Shown: in pieces, positions 1 to 10,785 of the stretch | How the letters are laid out: each line of letters opens with the position of its first letter | Numbering within the stretch: position 1 is the first letter of the stretch | Source of the DNA: Gammaproteobacteria bacterium | GTDB lineage: Bacteria; Pseudomonadota; Gammaproteobacteria; Eutrophobiales; Eutrophobiaceae | Assembly (NCBI GenBank): GCA_965243205.1 | Contig: CBDEUK010000001.1 | Location: forward strand, 320,001-384,000 | Reading direction: 5' to 3' | DNA length: 64,000 nt | The notes under the pieces: generated by a model | What the model was told of the DNA's origin: nothing | The model's input: only the letters and a program-made list of their open reading frames with translations | Database searches by the model: none | Made by a program: the position numbers and the translations under genes

Positions 1-496
1 TTTCTAAAAACTCTCCTAAACTTGCGAATGACATTTTTCCTAATACTAAAGCAATTAACAACCTGACTTGATACATCCAAATCCAAAAAATAAATAAAAC
101 CACAAACGCCATCCAATGTAATTCGCGTCCTGATTGTTGCCAAATTACCGACAATATTTTATTCCAAGATAATGGCTGTCCTTGATCTAATCTTCGACTT
201 ACTTCATATAAACCGACAGCAATGAAAGGACCGATTAACGGAAAACCAATTAACATCGGATACATAAGCCAAGCTTTTTCCCAAACAAATAAAGATTGAA
301 AAATAAAGATACCTATAAAAGCATAAACACTCCCAAAAAATAAGCCAAAGAGAGGTGCTTTTCGAAAATCCTCGATGCCTTTATATAGACTCGATTTCAA
401 ATCTGAGAAGGTCAGAACATTTACATCGGGAAGAATAGGGATATCTTCGTCAGTATGAGAGTGGATTGGTTGGCTACCTGATTCAGTCTTTGTCAT
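1..496 (-). CDS. DUF2189-like integral membrane protein (3' end runs off the window)
   Basis: Hand-translated, not in the ORF track: MTKTESGSQ...GIEDFRKAPLFGLFFG...GFPLIGPFIAVGLYEVSRRL..., matching the DUF2189 motif GPFxAVGLYExSRR; ATG at 496. Confidence 0.75.
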   Translation of the reverse strand, partial: MTKTESGSQPIHSHTDEDIPILPDVNVLTFSDLKSSLYKGIEDFRKAPLFGLFFGSVYAFIGIFIFQSLFVWEKAWLMYPMLIGFPLIGPFIAVGLYEVSRRLDQGQPLSWNKILSVIWQQSGRELHWMAFVVLFIFWIWMYQVRLLIALVLGKMSFASLGEFLE

Positions 497-590
497 GATA
501 TTTCAACCTTTGTTGCTCAGAGATTGTCTTATCAATAATTTTAATCAGAATTTATTATGAGATCCAAGGTTTTAAAAAACTGTCATCATA

Positions 591-2030
591 TTACGAATCT
601 GTTTTCATTTGTTTCAATGCATCCAATGCTATTTTTCTTGCATCACTATGATCTAATAGAGGTTTTGGATAATCTTTGCCTAAATGAATATTTGCTAATT
701 GCAAATCCATAGTATTGGCTAACCAAGGTTTATGAATAACTTCGTTTGTTAAACCACCTAATTCAGGAATCCATTTTCGAATATATTCTCCATCGGGATC
801 AAATCGCTCGCCTTGAGTGATTGGATTAAAAATCCTAAAATACGGCGCAGCATCAGCACCAGAACCTGCTACCCATTGCCATCCCATTGTATTATTCGCT
901 AAATCAGCGTCGACCAAGGTATCCCAAAACCATTGCGCTCCTTCTTTCCAGTGAATTAAACAATCTTTTATTAAAAAAGAAGCAACGATCATTCTTACAC
1001 GATTATGCATCCATCCCGTTTGCCAAAGCTCGCGCATACCAGCATCCACAATAGGATAACCTGTTTCACCATTTTGCCATGCAACTAAATATTTTTTATT
1101 TTTCTGCCAAGGAAATTTTTGAAATTCTTCTCGTAGAGGCTTTTTATCGGTATGTGGAAAATGAAATAATAAATAATGTGCAAATTCACGCCAAACTAAT
1201 TGTTTTAAATAGACTACTGCAGGTGTTGGAACTGCATTTCCATCAAACTTTTCTAACAATGCATGCCAAATTGTGTTTGGGCTTATTTCTCCAAAATGTA
1301 AATAAGGAGATAGTTTTGATATTCCATCACGCGCAGGAAAGTCACGTTGATTACCATAATTAACTACTTTAGATTTTAAAAAATTCTTTAAGTGTTTTTT
1401 AGCATTAGTTTCACCAGGCTGCCAATCCTGTTCTATACCCAAGTGCCATTGTATTTTTGGCAACAAACTTAATTGCATTACCGTTAATGATTTTGGCTTT
1501 TTTTTCAAGTCTGTTTTAGGCTTAGATTTAGCTAGAGGTAAATCAGGTGGCGACATAGCCTGTGTACTATTCCAAAAAGCGGTATAAACTTTATATGGTA
1601 AACCTTGTTTATTGAGTATTTTTTGTGGTTCGTACAGCAAGCTTCCGTTAAAACTTTTTGCTTCAATACCACACTCAATAAAATACGTCTTGAGTTGCGT
1701 ATCTCGCTTGATAATGGCTGGCTCATAACGCCGATTCCAAACGATGCTTGCTATAGAATACTGTTTAATTAATTCTTCAAAGACGTTCCTGCTATTACCT
1801 TTTAATATGACTAAATCAGAACCTATTTTTTTTAAGCTATCTTGCAAAGCTAATAGAGAATGATGTAACCATACCTTACTCGCAGAGCCCATTGACCAAT
1901 GAGCCTCAGAATCATCATCCCAAATATAAAGCGGTAGTACAGATAAATCCGATTTAGCAGCGTGATAAAATGCTGGATTATCTTCCAGTCTTAAATCTTG
2001 CCGAAACCATACAATGCAAACTTCATCCAT
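591..2030 (-). CDS. phrB: Deoxyribodipyrimidine (class I CPD) photolyase
   Basis: WFRQDLRLEDNPA N-terminus, SKLSPYLHFGEIS, TGYPIVDAGMRELWQTGWMHNRVRMIVASFL, and WQWVAGSGADAAPYFRIFNP. Confidence 0.95.
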   Translation of the reverse strand: MDEVCIVWFRQDLRLEDNPAFYHAAKSDLSVLPLYIWDDDSEAHWSMGSASKVWLHHSLLALQDSLKKIGSDLVILKGNSRNVFEELIKQYSIASIVWNRRYEPAIIKRDTQLKTYFIECGIEAKSFNGSLLYEPQKILNKQGLPYKVYTAFWNSTQAMSPPDLPLAKSKPKTDLKKKPKSLTVMQLSLLPKIQWHLGIEQDWQPGETNAKKHLKNFLKSKVVNYGNQRDFPARDGISKLSPYLHFGEISPNTIWHALLEKFDGNAVPTPAVVYLKQLVWREFAHYLLFHFPHTDKKPLREEFQKFPWQKNKKYLVAWQNGETGYPIVDAGMRELWQTGWMHNRVRMIVASFLIKDCLIHWKEGAQWFWDTLVDADLANNTMGWQWVAGSGADAAPYFRIFNPITQGERFDPDGEYIRKWIPELGGLTNEVIHKPWLANTMDLQLANIHLGKDYPKPLLDHSDARKIALDALKQMKTDS

Positions 2031-4362
2031 TAGAATTTTTTTTAATATGATGAATTATTGTAAACAGCGCTGGAATTAATAATAAGGCGGCCAACATATT
2101 CATAAAAAACATAAAGACCAAAAGTATTCCCATATCAGATTGAAATTTCAAAGGAGAAAATAACCAGGTAATAACGCCAAGCGACAAGGCTAAACCCGTA
2201 AACAATATACTATAACCCGTACTAGAGATGCTTGTTAAATAGGCTTTGTATAAGTCATGTGTTCTCTTATACTCTTCAGAGAGTCTATTGTATAAATAAA
2301 TGCCATAATCCACACCTATTCCAATACCTAAAGCAACAACCGGCAAAGTATTTACCTTCAAACCAATTTCAAGAAAACTCATTAAGGCATAAGCCATGAT
2401 CGATACAAAGAATATAGGATAAAGAATCACTCCAATTGCTAATTTCGATCGAAAACCTAAAAAGACTAAAATAACGATGGCAATAAACATATAGATTAGT
2501 ATTGGAAATTGTGCTTTTTTCACCTCTTCGTTCGTAGCAGCCATCACTCCAACATTCCCTGTAGCCAGTCGATAATCGATATTTTTATTGTCATTTTCTG
2601 ATTTGAATTTATTCACAGCAAAAATAATCTTTTCAATCGTCTCTTGCTTATGATCTTTGCTAAATATTTGTACTGGCATAACACTGCAATTAGAATTCAA
2701 CAAGCCTGTGGAAGTAGGTATATAAGCGGTCGCCTGCGATAACAATGATGGATTTCTAGGTAGCTCATTCCATTTTAAGTAGCCTTCATTCCAACCTGCA
2801 TTGATCTGTTTTGCTTGAGTAGGCAAAGAATTTACTGCCTTCACACCTTGTGTGGTTTTCATATATTGTGTAAACAACTCAATATTTCTCATCACCTCAA
2901 AATCTATGCACCCTTCATTTTTTGTTTCTACAATGACATTTAGGAGATCAACTCCAATCGAAAACTTATGACTGATGATGGAAGAGTCTATATTATATTG
3001 TGCATTATTATGAAATTCAGGCACACCTTCATGTTGATCACCAATTTTTATATTCATTGCTTGTGTAAAACAAAGTACCAATATAAATAAAGATAAACTA
3101 GAGATTAAAATAGATTTTTTTAACTCTATTAAACTAGAAAATTTAATCCATAGTGGTTGTAATGAGTTCAGTCGTTTGTTAATTGAATTTTTATACTGAT
3201 AATCATCAGATACATACGATATTAGTAATGGTAATAATAATAAATTTGTTATGATAACTATCGCCACTCCAATACTAGCAGTGATAGCCATTTCTTTAAT
3301 GATTCCAACATCGATTAATAAAATACTAAAAAAACCTACCGTATCGCTTAATAAGGCGATTAGTCCTGGTATAAATAAAACGCAAAAACTGTTTTTACTA
3401 GCTTGCTTTATAGATAAACCTTGAATTAAATAGCTTTTTACACGACTAATTATTTGGATACCGTGGCTGGTTCCTATTGCCAGAATTAGAAAAGGAACTA
3501 GTATGGATACGGGATCAATACCGAAACCAATTAAAGGTAACAAACCTAACTGCCATATAACTGCAAAAATAGAACAGATTAAAGGCATTAAACCTAATAA
3601 AAATGATTGACTGTAATAAACAAGAAGTATCACTAAGATACATATGGTTATTAAAAAATAGTTCAACATCTGTTTTGAACCATCCCTTATATCGCCCATA
3701 TATTTAGCAAAACCAATAATATGAATATTTATATTTGGATATTGCTTCTCATATTTTTTTCTAATTAATTCCTCTAATTGCTTGGCTACTGAATGGTAAT
3801 CCAGTTTTTGATTGGTATTTGGATCAATTTCTTGTAATTCTGCACTGACTAACGCACCACTAAAATCATTTGCAACTAATCGTCCTATAATATTCGCTTT
3901 ATAAATGTTTTCTCTTAATGTATTTATACTTTCATTCTCAAAATCGAAATCATCTGTAACTACATTTCCACCGATGATGCCATCTTCAACAACTTCCGTA
4001 TATTTCACATTTGGTGTGAATATAGAATATATCCGTGAACGTTTAATCCCATTAATAAAAAACATTTCATCACTGATATCTTTTAATGCCGAAAGATATT
4101 CTTTATTAAAAATGTCTTTCTTTTCATCCATAACAGCAACGATAATCCGATTAGCTCCAGCAAATTCGTTTTGATACTCAACAAATGTTTGCATGTATTC
4201 ATGCTCTAGAGGTAATAATTTAACAAAGCTAGAATCAATTTTTAAATTCTGAATAGAAAGTAAAAAAAATATCGTTATTACTATAAAAATACTGACAATT
4301 ATATTTCTATAATAAAATAAGTTATTTTCGATTTTTTTTACTATTGGCTGTTCCATATTCAA
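2023..4362 (-). CDS. MMPL/RND-family inner-membrane transporter of the DUF1302/DUF1329 cluster
   Basis: Two TM repeats with periplasmic loops, VPFLILAIGTSHGIQ and LGIGIGVDYGIY motifs, plus operon context; the start may be ATG at 4356. Confidence 0.85.
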   Translation of the reverse strand: MNMEQPIVKKIENNLFYYRNIIVSIFIVITIFFLLSIQNLKIDSSFVKLLPLEHEYMQTFVEYQNEFAGANRIIVAVMDEKKDIFNKEYLSALKDISDEMFFINGIKRSRIYSIFTPNVKYTEVVEDGIIGGNVVTDDFDFENESINTLRENIYKANIIGRLVANDFSGALVSAELQEIDPNTNQKLDYHSVAKQLEELIRKKYEKQYPNINIHIIGFAKYMGDIRDGSKQMLNYFLITICILVILLVYYSQSFLLGLMPLICSIFAVIWQLGLLPLIGFGIDPVSILVPFLILAIGTSHGIQIISRVKSYLIQGLSIKQASKNSFCVLFIPGLIALLSDTVGFFSILLIDVGIIKEMAITASIGVAIVIITNLLLLPLLISYVSDDYQYKNSINKRLNSLQPLWIKFSSLIELKKSILISSLSLFILVLCFTQAMNIKIGDQHEGVPEFHNNAQYNIDSSIISHKFSIGVDLLNVIVETKNEGCIDFEVMRNIELFTQYMKTTQGVKAVNSLPTQAKQINAGWNEGYLKWNELPRNPSLLSQATAYIPTSTGLLNSNCSVMPVQIFSKDHKQETIEKIIFAVNKFKSENDNKNIDYRLATGNVGVMAATNEEVKKAQFPILIYMFIAIVILVFLGFRSKLAIGVILYPIFFVSIMAYALMSFLEIGLKVNTLPVVALGIGIGVDYGIYLYNRLSEEYKRTHDLYKAYLTSISSTGYSILFTGLALSLGVITWLFSPLKFQSDMGILLVFMFFMNMLAALLLIPALFTIIHHIKKNSNG

Positions 4363-4369
4363 TATTCGA

Positions 4370-5338
4370 TTATTTATAACGTTCTAATCCTTTATCGCTT
4401 GTCAAATAATATTGATTTTTAAATTGAATTAATGAAGTGTAATTTCGTTTAGATAAAGATTTTTTTTCTTTTATCTTAAACGTATCTTTATTCAGTTCTA
4501 AAATGATAGAACCATAACCTAATAAATAAATTGACTCATTTTCTTTATAGGATGAATGAATTGTTTCATTTGTACCTGTCTGTATTTTTTTCCATTGTTG
4601 AGTATTCAGATCAAAACTATAAACATTTCCTCTTAGACCATAAAATATTATAGATGTATCATCTATAAACTCAGCACCAAAAAATGAACCTGTATAGGGT
4701 GATTGAAGAACTTGCCAATCCTGACATTGGTTTTTAGATATAAAAATAACACCAGCTTCGGCTGATATTGCACATGTATTATTATTAATAGATATTGAAT
4801 TAAAATGTAATTCATTGAATCCTAGCTCATTTTCATTTTGAGCAATCATATTTGTGATATTTATAGTTGTTTTTTCCCAGCTTTCACCTGAATTACTACT
4901 CGTAAGATACAAACCATAACTACCTATAGCAATTAACCTATTATTATCAATAAAATCTATATCAAATATTGCCTGTTCAATCTGAGTGTTGTTATAGACT
5001 AACGTCCAAGTGTCTCCTGCATCCTCAGATAAAAAAATATTGGCATCATGACCTGCAGTTAATAATTTTCCGTTATCATTTGATGTAATTGAAGTAAGTA
5101 ATCGATGATTTTTAAGTTGTGTTTGATTCCAATTAACGGCATCAACTGAATTTAGAATCAATCCATGTTCACCGACTAACCATAATCTATCGTCGTAAAT
5201 ATACGAATCTAGAATTAAAAAATCTAACTGATAAGGGTTTATATTTTGTTCGGAAAAAACTGAAGAAGTAAAAATTAGCAATACAACAAAATAACTATTT
5301 ATAAAATTAACTAGTTTATTGTTAGTATTGAAATTCAC
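4370..5338 (-). CDS. YCF48-like / BNR-repeat beta-propeller protein
   Basis: Asp-box repeats (SEDAGDTW, SSNSGESW), VGEHGLIL, SPYTGSFFG and YGLRGNVY; canonical position in this cluster. Confidence 0.85.
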   Translation of the reverse strand: MNFNTNNKLVNFINSYFVVLLIFTSSVFSEQNINPYQLDFLILDSYIYDDRLWLVGEHGLILNSVDAVNWNQTQLKNHRLLTSITSNDNGKLLTAGHDANIFLSEDAGDTWTLVYNNTQIEQAIFDIDFIDNNRLIAIGSYGLYLTSSNSGESWEKTTINITNMIAQNENELGFNELHFNSISINNNTCAISAEAGVIFISKNQCQDWQVLQSPYTGSFFGAEFIDDTSIIFYGLRGNVYSFDLNTQQWKKIQTGTNETIHSSYKENESIYLLGYGSIILELNKDTFKIKEKKSLSKRNYTSLIQFKNQYYLTSDKGLERYK

Positions 5339-5377
5339 ATTATGATTTGTTGTATTTAAACACTATAAAAAGAAATA

Positions 5378-6730
5378 TTATCTTTTACCTTCACGTCGTA
5401 AAGCAGATGGAGTGAATTCAGCAGAATTAAAGTCTTCTCCAAAACGGTATGGTTCAAATTCATTGTATAAGCCAAATGCTGCATAACGGCCTTCTTGAAT
5501 ATCCGTACTCACTTCAAGTGTGTACCATGTAGATAATATATCATAATAATTAATCGCAAAACCTTCAGCAATTCTCCAAAGCTGATCACGATTATCATAA
5601 ATATCAACCGCTAGAATTTGCCAAGAATCTTCATCGATGTAAAAAGTACGGCGTTTGTAAAGATGTCTTTGTCCAGATTTAACGTTTGCTTCAACAACCC
5701 AAACTCGGTGTAACTCATAGCGAGGATATTTTTGGTTAATATGTAATGGGGTTAATATGTCTTCATGTTTAAGTTCGGAACTGTGTAGCTTGTAATTATT
5801 ATATGGCACATAGATTTCTTTTTTGCCTTTTAAAGTCCAATCGTATTTTTCTAAACTACCAGAAAACATATCCAGTTGATCGGTTGTACGCATACCATCA
5901 GACGCTGTTCCTGGCGTATCAAACGCTTTATTTGGCGCTCTACGTACGCGTCTTTGTCCAGGGTTATAAACCCAGGCCTGACGATTTTCTTGGCTTTGAT
6001 TAATTGTTTCATGCACTAATAATATGCTACCTGCTAGTCTTGCTGGTGCAGTAACTTCCTGTTTAAAATAACCAATAAGATTATCGACTGTGTTTATATT
6101 AGTACTCGGATCATAATAACGAAGCAGAAAATCTTCTTTTAATTTCACTAAAGTATAATCACCACCACGAGTTGGTGTGGCTAAGCCAATATTTCTATTT
6201 CCTTTTACTCCACGATAACGTAACAAATGATTGAACATCACTTCTTCTGCTTGGGTAGGGATTGGAAAAGGAATGCCCTGGGCTGCGTTATCAACACCAT
6301 TTCTATCTGCAGTTAATGTTGCAGTAGAAGCGTTACTTTTAGTTGCATCGTATACTCTTTGCGGTGCAGAAGCTGAACGACGTGTTGGATAAACATTTAG
6401 AAAATAACTATCGGGATATTGCTGTACTAAGGCTTTATGACCTTCGGTCATTTTGTCGGTATATTGACTGATATTTGATTGATTAATTGTGAATAGAATT
6501 TGATCCGATGCATAAGGATCGACAAAATGTTTTCCTTTTTCATAACCTGCAGGCGGTGTAGTAATCCCACCTTCCCATTTAGGAATAGAACCATCAGTAT
6601 TACCTGCGACTTCTCCACCAAGAGGTGTAAGCGTTTTACCAAGTTCGTCAATAGAAACCGCCAAGGCATTTGATGAAATAAATGCAACAATGAATAATGC
6701 GATAAAAATATTTTTAGACGGTTTTTTCAT
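5378..6730 (-). CDS. DUF1329 periplasmic protein (LolA-like fold)
   Basis: Signal peptide, LTPLGGEVAGNTDGSIPKWEGG, RQAWVYNPGQRRVRRAP, and RYELHRVWVVEA...KRRTFYIDEDSW. Confidence 0.92.
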   Translation of the reverse strand: MKKPSKNIFIALFIVAFISSNALAVSIDELGKTLTPLGGEVAGNTDGSIPKWEGGITTPPAGYEKGKHFVDPYASDQILFTINQSNISQYTDKMTEGHKALVQQYPDSYFLNVYPTRRSASAPQRVYDATKSNASTATLTADRNGVDNAAQGIPFPIPTQAEEVMFNHLLRYRGVKGNRNIGLATPTRGGDYTLVKLKEDFLLRYYDPSTNINTVDNLIGYFKQEVTAPARLAGSILLVHETINQSQENRQAWVYNPGQRRVRRAPNKAFDTPGTASDGMRTTDQLDMFSGSLEKYDWTLKGKKEIYVPYNNYKLHSSELKHEDILTPLHINQKYPRYELHRVWVVEANVKSGQRHLYKRRTFYIDEDSWQILAVDIYDNRDQLWRIAEGFAINYYDILSTWYTLEVSTDIQEGRYAAFGLYNEFEPYRFGEDFNSAEFTPSALRREGKR

Positions 6731-6742
6731 TAAACAAATCGA

Positions 6743-8629
6743 TTAGAATAAATATTTTAAATTGAATGCCGCAAAGTCTCGGTCATTGAGTAAATTGTAA
6801 CGCCCTGCACCAAAGAAATTAGTATAGCTTATATCAGCCTGCCAACTGTTTTGATAATCAAACCCCATACCTAATGTAATTGCTTTTCTTCCTTCTAGAA
6901 AGTTGCCACCAGGCCCAGGCGTATTACCAGTAACATCGTGTGACCATGCGAAACGCGGCAAGACATTAACGCCAGCAAAAACATTATTATAGGTCAATCG
7001 ACCTGCGATACGATAACCCCAAGAAGTCGCATCAGCAAAATGTTCAGAACCTTCTGCCGCTTTACCTGCATGAAAGCCATTAGCACTTGCATGAAATGGA
7101 TTACCACTGGTAAATGTTCCAGCACTGTTCAAACGCAAATCGCTTTTCTCAGGCATGCCATGTACATGCGTAATACCAATTTCAGTCACTAAAACACCTT
7201 GATTGGCTTTGAATACTGGCCCAAATATTTTGGTGGCTGTAATTTGTAATTGACTGACATTTCGTTCGATGAAGCCAGGAACAACTTGGTTTATGCCAGT
7301 TGAAGCACAACCATTATCGATTTGGTTTTGACTAACTACTGCACCTAAGCTCCCAGCTAATGGAGCAGATCCTAAAGTCGCATCACTAAGTGGACATAAT
7401 GCAGCAAATAACAACTCCACATCATCGACCTGTAAAGGTGCATCATTAATAAAGGTATACTCACCTTGAAAAGCTATTCCCTTAAATTGTGTATTAAAAC
7501 TTAATCCTAGTCTTTGAATGTCTTCTGGGTATTCAATAAAATAATTTGCTGTTTGTACATAAGCGTTAGTTGCTGCTGCTGCTCCAAAGCCTAATGAGCC
7601 CGCTGCTGCAGCTACTCCACCAGCAGAACCAGTAGTCGCACTAATAATAGGTGTACGGCTATAGTGATTAATAAAATAAATACCGAATTCTGTATCGTTT
7701 AATTCTTCTGAGTAATATCGAAGCGATATTCCAAATTCACCACCATTACCAGGTCTACTATCAGCTGCTCGCATTACTGCTAAAAAATCTGGATCAAAAC
7801 CAGCTAGAGTAGTGGTACCTCGATCAGATACACTGCCAAAACCCAATAAGACTCTATCTCCTCCATCACCTACAAAATCATTAGTAGAGAAATACGAACC
7901 TGTAGGCTCAACAATTGTACGTTCCCAATCATATTGATAATAACCTTCTAAGGTTGCAACATCAGTTGGTGAAATAGAAAAAGACACCATGCCCACAGGC
8001 ATTAAAGCATCGCGTATCTCGGAACCCGGGGTACGAAGTTTGGTAACATCGAATGGATTAATCACATTAATACCATTTTGAATGAATGTACTTTCACCCC
8101 AACTTAAAACCTGTTCGCCAACTTTAATCGAAGCCGGCATATTTCCTATTTCAAATTCACTCCATGCGTATAAATCAAGTAAGTCTAAATTTTCAGCAAC
8201 TAGACGCTCAGCTTTATTAGATAGCGGTGTCCGATCACCTGCATCATCGCTCACAAAATCTTTAAAACCACGAAAACGCGTAAAGACGCCAAAATTTTTA
8301 TATTCGACATCTATTTCTGATGTAAAACGAATGGTGTTACTGATAATACCTTGATCAAAATTTTGATTGCCATCATCGTTATTCTCAGAAAAAGAAGTAC
8401 CGGCAATTGAGGAACCAACGCCTAGTAATCCAGCATTAGTAGGGTCCGGAGAAAGTCCGATAATATCAGCATCGTGGTCAGATACTCGATAAGCTTGTCC
8501 ATAGCTTAGAGTCGTATCGATATTAAGAATAAGGTCGCCTTTACTCAACTCAACCGCACACAAACTGCTAGCCTTTGATAGCAAAATTAGGATGAATAAC
8601 TTCTTAAGTTGAGAGACTGATAGGCGCAT
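6743..8629 (-). CDS. DUF1302 outer-membrane beta-barrel protein
   Basis: NNDDGNQNF, GEQVLSWGESTFIQNGIN, YPEDIQRLGLSF and C-terminal DRDFAAFNLKYLF; strong GGAGGAGG RBS. Confidence 0.92.
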   Translation of the reverse strand: MRLSVSQLKKLFILILLSKASSLCAVELSKGDLILNIDTTLSYGQAYRVSDHDADIIGLSPDPTNAGLLGVGSSIAGTSFSENNDDGNQNFDQGIISNTIRFTSEIDVEYKNFGVFTRFRGFKDFVSDDAGDRTPLSNKAERLVAENLDLLDLYAWSEFEIGNMPASIKVGEQVLSWGESTFIQNGINVINPFDVTKLRTPGSEIRDALMPVGMVSFSISPTDVATLEGYYQYDWERTIVEPTGSYFSTNDFVGDGGDRVLLGFGSVSDRGTTTLAGFDPDFLAVMRAADSRPGNGGEFGISLRYYSEELNDTEFGIYFINHYSRTPIISATTGSAGGVAAAAGSLGFGAAAATNAYVQTANYFIEYPEDIQRLGLSFNTQFKGIAFQGEYTFINDAPLQVDDVELLFAALCPLSDATLGSAPLAGSLGAVVSQNQIDNGCASTGINQVVPGFIERNVSQLQITATKIFGPVFKANQGVLVTEIGITHVHGMPEKSDLRLNSAGTFTSGNPFHASANGFHAGKAAEGSEHFADATSWGYRIAGRLTYNNVFAGVNVLPRFAWSHDVTGNTPGPGGNFLEGRKAITLGMGFDYQNSWQADISYTNFFGAGRYNLLNDRDFAAFNLKYLF

Positions 8630-8830
8630 TGGAGTCGGCTTACCTCCTCCTGGAGCTATTGTATTTCTACACAGTATTCTACCAAAGCCGGCATGGAGAG
8701 CACTGCTAATCGATTAATCTTTATTAACCCATATGGGGTAGCTTGAGAGGATAAGCTAAAGTGTTACTTGAAGTAAAGAATTTTTTAGTAAATAACGATA
8801 AGTTTTTATTATAAATAACTGATTTATATG

Positions 8831-10123
8831 TTATTCGTCTAAAGATATTTTCTCAGTTGTTGCAGAAAGCCTGTAAATAAGTGTGCGTAGAAAAACTTTC
8901 AAAAATCGCACCTGGCAGTCTAAAGAAACCTGTGAAATCACTGTAGAATTGACTTTGAGCAGAGAAGTCTCCTCGCCAGCAACAATCGATGCCGTACGCT
9001 TAGTTTTTGCCAAATAGCCCATTTCACCAAAACAATCTCCTTGTCTGAGAATGCGTATGGTTTTGCCACTTTTTTGCACATCAACAAAACCATCAACAAT
9101 GATGTAAAACGAATCATCCATATCACCTTCTACAATAATATGTTCACCTTCGGAATAATCTTGCCATGCACTGGCACGAATGATTTCCCAAATTTCCGAA
9201 TCATGAAAGCCTTGGAAGAAACCTAATGATTTGATTTTATTAAAATGTTCTTCACTGGTGATATCGATTAGAGGTTTCTCTAAACTTTCAAATAATTGAC
9301 TTAAATCACAAGCGATATCGAAGCCCATTTGATAGCGTTCACTCACTTCTCTTTGCAAACATTTTTCGACGATTTTTGCCAAAGAATCAGGTATATCAGC
9401 ACGATAATTTTGTATTGGGGTCGGCTCTTCTGTGATCACCTTATTGACTAAGCGGGTGAAGTTTTCCGCAGCAAACGGGTGTTTGCCAGTAAGTAATTCA
9501 TACATTACAACACCCAACGAATATAAATCCGTTTGATTACCGACGGTATCCTCACGTAACTGCTCTGGTGACATATAGCGCGGTGAACCAATAATCCCCA
9601 TGACCTGGGTAGCCGTAGCGTCTTTTTGTGTGAATTGAGCGATAGAAAAATCGGCGATTTTTACATCTTGGTCTTCGGTAAAAAGAATATTGGAAGGTTT
9701 TATATCGCGGTGGATGATGCCTTCGCGATGTGCATAATCCAAAGCCTTCGCACATTTAAAGATAATCTCAACAACTTTTTTAAGGGGTAATAAATTTTCA
9801 GATTCCGTAACCGGTTTGAGAGTACCCCCGCCTTCAACGTATTCCATCACGATGTAACACACTTCTTCTTCCACACCCGCATCAAAAATGCGAATAATAT
9901 TCGGGTGTGTCAATGAACCTGCCGTATGGGCCTCATTGAAAAACATCTTACGGTAACGCTCTCCAGACTTAGGATCGCTAAGAGATTCAGCAAGCGCGAG
10001 CTTAAGTGCAACCGGTTGATCTAAAAACGGATCGTGTCCTAAATACACAACTCCCATACTGCCACGGCTGATTTCATCCCTGACATCATATTTACCCAGT
10101 TTCTCTGGTATTGGATTAGACAT
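8831..10123 (-). CDS. Hanks-type Ser/Thr kinase with C-terminal cyclic-nucleotide-binding domain (paralog 1)
   Basis: RGSMGVVY, VALK, HRDIKPSN, DFS, GSPRYMSPE, DLYSLG; cNMP cassette GDCFGEMGYLAKTKRTASIVA; no TM segment. Confidence 0.92.
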   Translation of the reverse strand: MSNPIPEKLGKYDVRDEISRGSMGVVYLGHDPFLDQPVALKLALAESLSDPKSGERYRKMFFNEAHTAGSLTHPNIIRIFDAGVEEEVCYIVMEYVEGGGTLKPVTESENLLPLKKVVEIIFKCAKALDYAHREGIIHRDIKPSNILFTEDQDVKIADFSIAQFTQKDATATQVMGIIGSPRYMSPEQLREDTVGNQTDLYSLGVVMYELLTGKHPFAAENFTRLVNKVITEEPTPIQNYRADIPDSLAKIVEKCLQREVSERYQMGFDIACDLSQLFESLEKPLIDITSEEHFNKIKSLGFFQGFHDSEIWEIIRASAWQDYSEGEHIIVEGDMDDSFYIIVDGFVDVQKSGKTIRILRQGDCFGEMGYLAKTKRTASIVAGEETSLLKVNSTVISQVSLDCQVRFLKVFLRTLIYRLSATTEKISLDE

Positions 10124-10347
10124 AAAAAATTTTCAATGGATAATAATCGTTATACTGTATTAATCAGCTGTAAGTATGTATTTGGTGCACTGCATAAATT
10201 AGGCCTGAATAGTACTTGAATACCACTTATTTTGATAGAGACGGTTTTTTTGTAACAAGTTAGACGCTGTTGTTTATAATAACAAGTACAATAGTGTTAG
10301 CTATGTCACTGTGACGAAAATAAATTGGTTTACTGAGGAGAGCTGGG

Positions 10348-10785
10348 ATGACGACGACTGTACAGCAATTACTCGAAGGTAAAGATCATAAGGTGTATTC
10401 AGTGAGTCCTGATACCTTTGTTTTTGATGCGATAAAATTAATGGACCAGACCAAAGTAGGTGCGTTATTGGTCATGAATGATGAAGAGTTGGTAGGCATA
10501 GTCTCTGAGCGTGATTATGCCAGAAAGGTTATTCTTAAAGACCGCCAATCTCATACTACGCCAGTTAAAGATATTATGACGCAAAACGTACTGGGCGTAT
10601 CACAACATGATTTAGTTGATGATTGTCTCAAGATCATGTCCGACAATCATATTCGCCACTTACCTGTTCTTGAGAATAACCATCCCATTGGCATTCTTTC
10701 TGTGATGGATGTCGTTAAAAATATTTTATCCGAAAAACAAGCCTTAATTGATCAATTAGAAAGCTATATTGCCGGAGTGGGTTAA
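10348..10785 (+). CDS. CBS-pair domain protein
   Basis: VGALLV..LVGIVSERDYARKV, VKDIMT, IRHLPV..GILSVMDVVK; GAGGAG RBS. Confidence 0.92.
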   Translation: MTTTVQQLLEGKDHKVYSVSPDTFVFDAIKLMDQTKVGALLVMNDEELVGIVSERDYARKVILKDRQSHTTPVKDIMTQNVLGVSQHDLVDDCLKIMSDNHIRHLPVLENNHPIGILSVMDVVKNILSEKQALIDQLESYIAGVG

